IMG/VR virus record: IMGVR_UViG_3300043773_000921
Location: 24,549-88,548 of that record
From: a virus
DNA length: 64,000 nucleotides
Reading direction: 5' to 3' (one strand)
The translations under genes were made by a program, and so were the position numbers. Positions 39,701 to 51,700 of the stretch are shown piece after piece; within the stretch, counting starts at the first letter, position 1; each line of letters starts with the position of its first letter. Under the pieces are notes generated by a model. It made no database searches. It was not told the origin of the DNA and saw only the letters and a list, made by a program, of their open reading frames with translations.

Positions 39701-42700
39701 AGAAATGTTATCATTTACAAAGCTCTGTATAAGTTCTTTTGTCGCATTGTAGTCTGAACTAGCTTCCATTAGATTGGTCTCATTGACAATACCATCTTTT
39801 TTACCATACAATCTAAATATCTCATTTAGTCCAACATTGCTAGGTATGTTAAACTTTTTGAACATTACTGCCGGAACAATAGCTTCTCCTTTTGATACAT
39901 CTAGTAGGTTTTGCTCTGCTAGATATTTCATTTTAATCCTTGAAAAATCTTTTCTAATCTGCTTTTCATTGGATGGATTTTCCGCTATTGCCTGATTCAT
40001 AACTGTATCAATAGCTCTAACCTGTGCTAGTTGTTCTACTGATAAGTCAGGTTTAGTGTCAATTGTAGTATGCTTTAATCCTCTTACAGAGTTTACATCA
40101 AAAAGAGAATCAAAACTTACACCCATTTTTGCAGCATGCTTATATGCTTCTGCTAACATAAATACTTCACCAGTTTCTTTATGTTCCACTATGTCAATAA
40201 AGTTTCCGGCAACTTGTACCAGACGCATCGCATCAACCTTTCTTTTAACAGCTTCTTTTCTTAGGAATGCTGCTACGTATTGCTGGGCCCTAGTTACTGC
40301 ACCATGAGAAACATTTAAACTTATTTGGTCGTCACTAATGATCTCTGATAGCATTGTCGTGTCATCAGATTGCGACATAGACTTTTTAATTTTACTTTTT
40401 ACAAAGTTTTCAATAGTTGCTATTTCTTTATTAGATAAACCAACACCAGTTTCAGATGTAATAGCACCTGTTTGTATTTTTAAATCCTTTATTCTTTGGT
40501 CTACGTCTTCACTCCATTTACCTTCATTTGTTATGAAGCGCATTACATTTTCTAATCCTACGCGCATTAGAGAAGATAATTCTGTTGCTATTTCTTGTGC
40601 AAGACCTGTATTTAAACTATTTGGGTTTGCAAGAATAATAGACATTGCCTGAACCATTGGCGATTCTTCATTATCATCTATTTCTCTTTCAGGATTTAAC
40701 TGTGTTATTTCCTGTGTATTGTCAAACATGTATGTCCATTTATCATAAGGAGCATCTTCTGTTTGGTTTTTCCAGTAATCAACAAGTTCGTAAAAGTTAG
40801 TAGGTGCAGCGTCGCCATCTTTAACAAACATTGGCATAGGCCTGCCCTGGTTAAATTGACCATTTGCATCAGAATGCGTTGCTCCTGCGGATTTATTAAA
40901 TGCAACAAACGGCATCTCAAAATCTTTAGTTTGGTCCTTTTTGTTACCAGTAAACTGTATTGATGATAAATATGGATATTTTGTTTTGTATGTATCAGGA
41001 TTTTTGGCTCTGTATTCAGCGTAGAAATCAACAAGCATTTCAATAGCTCTACTATGGTCTTTTTCTCCCTCTTGTGACAGCATACCTTGATTGTTGGTGT
41101 CTGCTAATACTTTACCAATGAAATCGTATTGACCTACAATAGTATCATTAAACTGACTGTTTTTCCAATCTGACAAAATAGAATCAACGGCCGGAGCATT
41201 GTTTTTGTATTTAATGCTACCTTCAAGCATGGTTTTAAGATTACCAAACTTACTGTTGATATTACTAAGCGTTTGCTTTAATGCAGTTTCAGTAGCAGTT
41301 TGATCAAAATAAATCAAATACCTTTGATATAAGTTATCATTAGCCAGGTTATCAATATCAGATTTTTTCAAGAATGATATTTTATTTAAATCTTCACCTT
41401 TAATGACTAGTCTTAGCGCTGGATTTAACATGTATTCAAACATGTTAGCCATATCTACACTTGAATCAATAATAGTTTTTGATAATATTACACCGTTATG
41501 TTTTTTAAGGAATGTAGAACCATTGCGATAGTTAAATTGCTGTGCTATTGATTTTTGTATTCTTCTATTTAAGCTACCATTATTTCCGCCAATACTATTA
41601 AAATACATTTCCATGTAAAATGGATTATTCAAACTCTGACCATCTGCAACTATGTGATCTTTATTTATTTCTCCATTTAAAGTATTTATAGAAGCATTGA
41701 CTTTTAAATCTTTGATAACAAGTATTCTAGTTTCTTCATCCATACCATTATGTGTCTTAAATGAAGGAGTAAAACCTGTAGAAGTATGCGATAAAGCACG
41801 TTTATTTCTATTTACACCATAAGCCAATGGGCCAGATTCGTTTTCATATACAACGCTGGAAAGGTGATTTGCTTCTGTACCCTCTATAGCATGATCGGAA
41901 AAATAGTTAACCATAGCATGTCCAATAATAAGACCTTTCCAAATAACAGATGGAGTAGTGCCATAAATATTGATACCATCTACTACTTTTATATTGTCTT
42001 CGTATGGATATAAATCAAACACGTTTTCACTGGTCATTTTATAACCATCTGCTAATGCTATTTCATTAGTTTCTTTATAATGCTTTTCAAACAAAGAATC
42101 TACAATCTTTTGTAAATCATCGTCTGTAAACATATATGTTTGCGTCAAACCTAGATTATCTATGTAGTTTACATAAATCTGCTCATTATTAAAATCGTCT
42201 GTTCTTAATACTTCGTGTAGTTTAAATGTTATTTGATTATTATCGTCAACATCTATTGTTACATCGTTATTATAATTAGAATAGTTAAATAATTGTTGTG
42301 CAATACTTCTAAACTTAAGTGACCCATCTTCATTTCTAGTAAGCACTTTATTCATCATAGAAGCATCATGACCTAAGTGCAATCTGCCTCCTCTATCATT
42401 TTTATTGGCTTTGATTATTAAGAAATCAGAACCTAATCTCAGTCCACTACCCTCAAATCCAACTACATCATCTTCAATTATCCAAGCGTCATAATTTTTT
42501 AAATATTCAACTAATGCAGGAACTGTTGCATCACGTTGTGCTTTCCACCCAGGCATAGTTGTATCGATTGGTGATAAGCCTAATCCTAGTGAAGCAAAAT
42601 AAGAACTTGCATTATTAGTAACTTTATTGTTAGCTGGGTTCATTAAAAAGTTCATCCATCTGTTAATACTATGAACTTGTGCTTCTTCTTTTATAGCAAA

Positions 42701-45700
42701 ACCACGTTTAAGTTGACTGGTAATATTTCTTACATCAAGCTTAAATGTATCAACATTATCAATGGTTTGCTTTGTCAAAAATCCATTTCCATTACCATTA
42801 AAATGACCTAGTCTAACTTCAAACAAATGTTGTCTGCCACGATTACCACCATTATTTACTGGTATTAAAACTGGAGATATGTTGTACGTTAATGCTTTTT
42901 GATTTTCATTTTTGGTAAAGTTTGCTAATGCAGCATGTAGGTTGTCTTGTACGGTCATATTTTTCAACTCGGCAGTTTTACCTGTTGAGTCTATACCCAT
43001 CATGTATGGCGTTGAAGTTATTACTCCTTTTCTTTCAAGAATTGGATTTAATATCTTACCTCCTCTAGCATTTGGATTTGTATGTGGACCCTTTACTACT
43101 TCTTCAAACTTTTCAACAAGTGAATCATTTTTACCATTAGAAAACTTGTAGTTAAAGTTGTGAGAGTTTCCAATAGTATATAGCTTTCTTCTACCATCAA
43201 GACTTAAAATTGTTGGATTGTTTTCATTGTAAGTCATGATTTCAGCAAGTGCCTGAAGCTCTTTATAGAATCCAGTTGGGAAGAAATACTCTTCACCATC
43301 TTTTAATATATTAGATCCTGCATCTTTATCTAAAATGCTATCTATAGTAGCATCGGTTATTTTGCCATAGTTTTCTTTTTGTCCAGAATCCTTTGCAGCG
43401 TTTGCTAGTGCTTGTAAATATAATGGATATACAGGCTGTGTTGCTAAAATCTTGTTTGGATCTACGGTTCTTTCAACAGTATATACATACATTGAAGCTA
43501 TAAGTGGAGCAAGTACATCACTAAGATTTTCTATTCCATGTGAATTGCTACCTACTTTTGGAACAGACAATACTTTAGCTGCATTTTTAGCTGTACTTGA
43601 CTTACTCATATTGAAGAAATCAGTAAATACTTTTCTGATTATACCACTAATATTTGTTTGTGCGTTTTTAGCGTATTGTGTAAGTTTATTTATTTCATCT
43701 GGTTTCATGTTTCTAAACTTACCATTTTCCAAAGGCATTATTATTACACCTAAATCAGATGGATCATTTGTTTTATGTCTGTATCTGATACCTCTGTCTG
43801 TCATTGTAAAGTAAGAGTTTGATTTTTCTTGTCCTTCTTTTACTTTTAATGGCCTTTTTCTATTGATAAACAAATCAACATACCTATCCGGCATTAAACC
43901 ACCATTGATTTGTAGGTTAGATATAATACTTTGTTCCAGTTTTAACTTTGTATCGTGAGCAGAACTTGATTGCTTGGCCATTGACACAAATGTAGTTCTT
44001 TTACCTTTGCCATATTTTTTTACATTCTCAAACTTATTAGATGTAAGAGAACCAAAATGCGTGATAACAGAGTTTAAGATTGTTTCTGACAACTTTGATC
44101 TTTTGGCAATATTTAACTCAAACTCATCTTTTGTTAATAGAGTCTGTTTTCTAATAGTTTCGTCAGATTCTTTTTCTGTATTTACAGCAGTTAAGTATTC
44201 AGCGTAAAATCTATCAAGAGCATCCTGATAATCTTTAGTTCCTCTGGTTTTAGTTGATAACTGTTTGTTCCAGTTATAAATCCTTGTGTGAGATGGATAA
44301 TAATACCTGTCTGTACTTTGTTTTGCTTGTGGATCAAAATATGTTTTATAAATTGAGTATGCACTTATAAACTTAGCATCAGAGTTTAATTCAGTTGGAT
44401 TTGTATTGTTCATCATTTTATATTCAATGAACATTTTCATGCTTTTAGCAAAAGCTTCTATTCCGTCTTGACTATTACCAATCCAAAGATTACTATGAAT
44501 GTCAGTAAGTATTTTGTTAGCTACTTCATAGTTTAGTTTTTTACCACGCATTTCAACAACACTACCATCAGGTGAAAAATGATATACCGGGATAGTATTA
44601 AGCATCAGTTTCATTATATCCGATTGCTTATCCATTGGATTTAACTCCTCTTCATTTTTTCTAATATTAGCATCCTGTACTCTAATAAGAGATTCTAGAA
44701 TATCACTGTATCTTACCTGGCCATCTCTATTTATAATCGTATCAACATCAAGAGAAGGAAATATTCTATTAATCATTGCTTTAAATACTTTTCTATTAAG
44801 TAGCATTGCATTTTTATACAGAACCTTATCTTTATTGCTGATGATACCTTTAAGTTTCATCTTGCCTTCTACTGTCTTGTCGACAACGCTTACAAGGCCG
44901 TTTACTGTTTCTATTTCAAACTCATCAACAGACTTTTGTAGCAATCTTCTAAACTCTTCTCTCTGTCTTTTTTCAGTAAAAAATATACCCTGAGAGTTTG
45001 GAACTGCAGTTTTATATCCTTTAATACTTTCATCGTAATATTGCAAATGCAGACCGGTTACTGAGTTTCCATTTTCATCAGTAGCATTATAGTTCCAGCG
45101 TAAAAATGGTTTAGTGTAATCAACAGTAAGTTCTCTGATTACTGGCAAAAACATTGATTTACCATTTATTATTTGTTCTTTATAAATCGTATTGCCGTTT
45201 TCATCAGTATCATACATGACCTTTTCTCTAGAATTGTTTTCAATCCTATTGATCATATCTGTAAATGACATGGCACCATCTAAAAACATACGTCTGTTCA
45301 TGGATGGCATAATAACTTCTTTAGCAGCTATTTCTGCAACATTATTAGCTACCTGTCTTGCTATCTGGTTATCGTAAAAAAAGTTATTAGCTACAGTATT
45401 AAAAGATGAATCGTCATATATTATTCTTGAATAAAGACTATCATACGGCATTTCATCTCTAACAGTATTTAATGCCATTCCAGATAGTGATTTATACTTT
45501 TTGGCTACATATAAATCATAGTAAAAATCATTTATTTTGTCATTGATAATGCCTATCCTTGACATAAATCTATTAAACCAGTCAAAGAAAGACCTCATTA
45601 CTTTTGAAATACCTTTAAGGTTTCTTCTGTCTGATTTATATCTTTCTCCGTCATCAGCAAGATGCTCTGCAACAGTTCTTCTTGCATCAAGGTCATTTCT

Positions 45701-48700
45701 CCAATTGCCTTGTTTTTGTGTTACTCCATACTTTTTATCGACTTCATCAAATAATTCAGCTTGCTTTTCATCAGTTAGCAAAAATTCTGATACATAGTGC
45801 GATATTTCGTGGCTTAATGTTTTAGGATTAAATGCGCCATTATGCATGTTCATGTGTATCTTTCCAAGCTTGTCTACAAAACCATGATATAAATCTGATT
45901 TTATAATGCCAAGTTGAATGCCTTCACCAAGGATATCTTCAAGTTCTGATTGTATTTCGGCAAATGAGCTAGTATAGTTTTCTAGTTCTTGTTGATTTGT
46001 TATTTTAGAAGCAAGACCTTTTGTATCGTCAAGTAGTATGCCGGCAGAAATATCTATTACAGGCATTCTTAAAAATAGTCCTTTAACAGTTGACATGTAC
46101 TCAATGCCAGTTACTTCTTTTCCGCCTTGCATTTTTGTATTTAATCTAAACTGAGATACTAAACTTTCATACTTATATTTATAGTCTGCATCTTTTACTG
46201 GAGATAAAAATGCAGCTAAATCGTTTAGAACTTCAAGTCTTATTTTAATCCTTTCGTTTATTGTTGTTTCGTTTTCTGCATCTTTTTCGGTGTAAAGCTT
46301 TTGAGCTATTACTGAATTATATCGTAGTGAAAAAGAGTTGTTAAATGCAAATATAGAATCGGTACCTTGAAGTGCTTGTTTGTTTACAGCTTCATTTGGT
46401 TTTTTCTGGTTAACAGCATTTTGCAAAATACCACGCATTCTATTTACTTCGTTGAGCATAAGATTTTTCTGCTCATCGTTCATATTGCTTGCAGTAACAG
46501 ACTGGAATATTATTTTCTGCCCATTGTCTTTATTTCCAAAATGTGCTATTGCGTAAGTTTCCGCTATACCATCTTTATTAACTCCCTGGAAAGTTTCTGT
46601 AATTTCCATACCATACATACCAACCATATCTTTTACTTGGCTGTATGACATTACCGGTATGTCTTTATGGAATCCAATAAATGACGATGCGCTAATATTG
46701 TTTTTATTGGCAGATGTATAAAACTCAGTTCTATTTGCGTTGTATAACTTTTCTACTATTCCAAATAATGTATTGTTGTACACTTCAAGATTTTCTTGTT
46801 GTGGGTTATCTGGTACGGTTTTATTTGCTCTTTCTGGATTTTGTAAGTAGTGTGTTGTAAAATATTTAAATCCATCACCATTGTCAATAGACACTTGAAG
46901 TACGTATGGAAATGCTGTATTTACACTACCATTCCAATCTACTGTAGGCATGTTTTTAACAATCTCAATTTTTACTTCAAATCTTTGACCAAGATTTTTG
47001 TAGAGCATTGCCGTTGCATTAGCCATTTCTTGGTACTTAGCAGCTAATGTCTTCTTGTCTGTTAACGGCCCCATTGCAGGAGTATAACCAATAGTTTTAC
47101 CAAACAATGTCAATATGCCTGATTGAGTAAATGATATTAAAGCATTTTCATACTTGTCTAAAATATCAATAGAAGGAGATAATGCAAGTTCACTAAATTT
47201 TTCTAATGGTATTACCATTTTTAATTTATCTGTTTTTACAGAATATGTGCCATCGTCATTTGATATTATTCTAGTTACTTTTATTATTTCTCCATCTGGC
47301 TTTCTATAAGTACCACCAACAACAACAACAAATGGATTACCATTTACAAAAGTTGTAACTAGATTTACATTGTTTTCGCCTGTTTTAAGTGTTAATCCAA
47401 ACTCGCCATTATCAATAGTTGATTCAATATTAGAATGGTCTGTATCTGTATCTTGATTACCGTCTAAGTTGTCTAGTTCATCTTCTGACATATCACCCTG
47501 ATTGCTTACGTTTTGCTCGTATGCAGTTACCGGTTCGTTTGTTTCTTCTTCAAGCGCTTCTTGTTGTTCCTCGTATTGCTTTTTATTTTTGTTTGTTGTT
47601 TTACGCTTTTTGTTAGTTGATTTAACCTGTGTTGTTTTCTTTGGTTTTTTTGAGTTAGACTTTACACCTTTACCTTTTGTGTTATTTGATGCAGCATTTT
47701 TTTCAGGTTTTTCTTCCTCTTGATTTAAGTCTTCTGTTTGAACAACTGGTGCTTTTGGCTTATTTGTATTTCTTACTGGTAATGGTACAGGCTTTACAGC
47801 AGTAAGACCTTTTACCACACCAGATATTCTATTCCAAAGCTGTTGCTTTCTTTCAACTTTTGATTCAGCACTATCATCAAATGATTCTATTTTATCTTCA
47901 CTGACTTTAACAGAGTTTTTGTTGCCTAGTCCATCACCTGTGTAAACAGATACAAACTGAGAAGCACGGCTAACAGCAGTAAGCATATACATATTGTATA
48001 GCTTATTATTGTTATACTGGCTTTTAGTGTCAGTTGTACTATATGGCATATAAACATAAACCTCACCATCTAATGTTCTGCCTTGTGGCGATTTGCTTAA
48101 CTGAGTCATTAAAAATACTCTGTCGTGCTTATCAGGTGATATGTCATTTATTATTTCGTTGTACTCTTTTTCAGAGTGAACAATAATATAACCTATGCCA
48201 GATTCAACTGCAGCTTTTGATTCAGCCAAAAATCCATCCTTGTCATTATTTAACTTGACACCTTTTTTTACATTGTCATCTTCGCTATATGAATAACCAA
48301 ATAACTGCGGAGGGCCTAATTCATTATTTTTAGCATTTCTTCTAAACTCAGTTTGTATTTTATAGATTTCAATAAAGCTACTTCTTTTTACTGAAGTTAT
48401 ATTAAAACCATGTTGAGTAAACTGTTCTATTCTTGGTGAATTGTCATATATTTCACCAGATGGAGGTGCTTGTAATGTGTCGCCAAGCAGGAATACTGTG
48501 TTGGATTCATCAATAAAACCTACATTGTCTACGGTAGATATTTTTTTACCACCTATTTTGCTATAGTTAAATGCAATGGAGTTTTTCTCTTCATCGCTAT
48601 ACAATGATATTTCATCGGCAAATATTACATAGTCCTTGTATTGGTCTTGTTTTTTAACAAAATCACTAACAAGGTAAAATTCGGCATGAACGCCTTTAGG

Positions 48701-51700
48701 AAAGATATTTTTTACTGTGCTTTCAAGTATGTTTTTTTGCTCTATATTAGGCGCTATAAAAACAAAGTTCTTTTTACCTAATGATAATGCAATCTCAGAT
48801 AATGTTTTGATTATAAAAGTAGATTTACCTACACCACCATAACCAAAAAATGACATTACATTGTCTTTTATATGTTTACCATCTTTATTATATTTTCCAG
48901 TTGCAGAATTTTTTACTCTTTCATATAAACCTTTGGCTTTATTAAATCTGCCTTCTCTGCTTGCACCTATTTTCATGGTACTTTTCACATGATCTAATAA
49001 TTCTATAAATGCTACATCTGGATTTGCTTCATTTCTTTTTATATTTTCTGATAAGTGAGTAATACCTATCATTACGTTCATAATCTGTTCTGCGGTATGG
49101 TCGCCTGCAGGATATTTTGACTTATCAAGTTCAAACTTTTGACTAGCATCTACGGCATCAATAACATTACTTATAGCACCAAATGCAATCATTGGGTCTA
49201 CATTCATCATCATATTTATGGCATGATAATAAAATAGTTCTCTGTAAGAATTGTTTTTGTTATGATATTTACTCTTAGTATATCCATCTTTAAATGCTTC
49301 AAAATCAAGCATTAAATCAAATCCTTCAAGAAACATACCTTGTTCTTTTGCACTAGGTATAGAATCTTTACTTTCTACTTTAGTACTCCAAAACTTATCA
49401 AATGTTTTTTTGAATTCATTTTTCTGATCTGGTGTAAGATTTTGAATAAAATAATGCATCCACTGATATGCTTGCATTACTTCTGTTTCGCTTGAATCCA
49501 AAGATATTTCACCAGGAAACTTTACTGTTTGTCCATTAACAACAATGTCATCACCATTTAACTCAGCAACAAGTTCATTATAAACATGTGCCTGCATTTT
49601 AATGACGTTATCTTTTAAATCATTGAGTTTTTTATCTCGATCATCTTTTGATAATGTACTGATAGCAACATTCATAAAATAAGATCTATCTACTGCTATT
49701 TTATTTATATAAGCAGGTAGATTTATTTCATTAAATGTTTGCATATCCATATACTCTTCCTGTATAGGAGAAAGTATTTTATTTTCAGATAACATTTTTG
49801 CCCACTTATAAACAGATAACATTTCCTCTTGGTCTGTTATATTTTTGTTTATTTCTTTGAGCCTTTCTTTCATTTGAGCAGTAAGAACTTTTGTTTCATC
49901 ATACTCTTTTGAAATTTTATTAAGTTCTTCTCTTATATTCATGCCACCAACAGTAGGCATTTTCAAAAATAGTTCATTAACATCATCTATTTCTAAAAAG
50001 TCAAATAACTGGGAGTCATCTACTAGTGTACTTCTGTCAACTGCTTTTTTACCATCAACTTTAATCTGATTAGAGTCCTCGGCAATAAACATTTCTCCGT
50101 TGTACTCAAAAGAATCTTTGCCTTGTGCTTTTGCAGCATCCTGCATTGACACAAATGTCTTTTCATCTATTTCAGTTTCAACATCTTTGTTGACTTTTTT
50201 GTATTTTCTTTGGTTGGCTTGTTGGGTAAAATAATCACCATTATTCCATTCTCCAGTTCTTGTATCTATTCCTCCACCAGGAACATATTTTACTGAACCT
50301 CTATTTTTTAATAATAGTTTTGCATTTTTTATTTCATTGTCAACGCCATTAAGGCCGCTAAATCTTTCTACTTTGTCTTTATTTTTACCAAGTATTTCAT
50401 TGATGGCAGCATCTATTTCATCATTACCAGTTTTGTTGTATAAATCATCAAAAGTAACATCGTCAAATCCAAACTTTTCCCTTACTGAGTTAAAGTCAGT
50501 GTCAAGTTCATTTTGTATTTTTTCCCTTTCGTCATTGATTTTTTTGCTAATATCATCAATCTTTTTACCTACAATTTCTTCAAGATGATTACCATTTACT
50601 TTTTGCAATACATCTTTGATGCTATCAAGATTAGTAAAATCAATAGAATCAAACTCTCCTACAAAATCATTACTTTGCTTAGTTCTTTCTTCTATTGTAG
50701 CTTTTGACTGCTTGAACTGTTCTAGTATTTCTCTGCTATTATAAATAAGATTTAATGCTTTTTCCTGGTCTTTCCACAAATCTCGTTTTTGTGCATTATC
50801 AATAGAATCATTAAATGCTTTTTGCGCTTTTTGTCTTTTGACTTCTGGGTCAGTTTCACTTTCTATGCTACTATAAAGATTATTGTATTCATTATTTACT
50901 AACAAGCCACGAACAAATGTTTGCGCTCTATAGTTTTCAATAGCTTTTCCAGACAATACATCATCAGCGAGTTTACTTACTTGTTTTAAATCTACTTCTT
51001 TTTCTTGTATTTGCCTTTCTAGTTCTTTGTAGTTTACATCTTCAGGTTTTGTGTCTTGAAGTTGTTTTTTTAATCCTTCTATTTCTGTAGATAGTTTTCT
51101 TGCGTTAACAAGATTTTCTACTGTGTCATTTACTAATCTCATATCACCACCGGCAATACGAGCTATTTTATCAGCATCAGTAAGTTTAAATGTTTTAATG
51201 ATTTGACATGCAGCTCTAACGTCTTCAACTAACGATTCAAATGCTATATCGTTTCTACTTTTAATATCTTTTCTTTCTGACTCTGGATACATTGATAAAA
51301 AGTTATCACTAGGATCTGTTATCTTAGAATCAATTCCAACTCTTTCTTTCCAACTTACTAATGCATCATAAGCTTTGTCAAAATCACCGCCAAATTGCAG
51401 TGCATATTCTATTGCATTTTTATCAGAAAAGTTTCTTTTCATTCTACCGCCAAATATAGCACCCATGATACCACCACCAATAGCGCCAGCAAAAAACTCA
51501 TCATAAGGTTTTGAATGAACGGTATTGTCAAACATTCCTTTGCCAGGAGCAGCATATTGATCAGGTCCATCAATGCCAATCATGCCTGAATTATATGCTT
51601 CCTTAAACCAATAATTCATTTGTTTTTCTATCTCTTCTTCCCATCCTTCCTCGTAAGCAGATGCAAATGCTCCAAGTGCTCTACCTTTTAAAGATTTTGG

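Noticed and set aside
31625-50707. Many short plus-strand ORFs antisense to the giant gene
   Set aside because: Shadow ORFs with Ser/Leu/Phe-rich composition, fully overlapping a motif-bearing ORF
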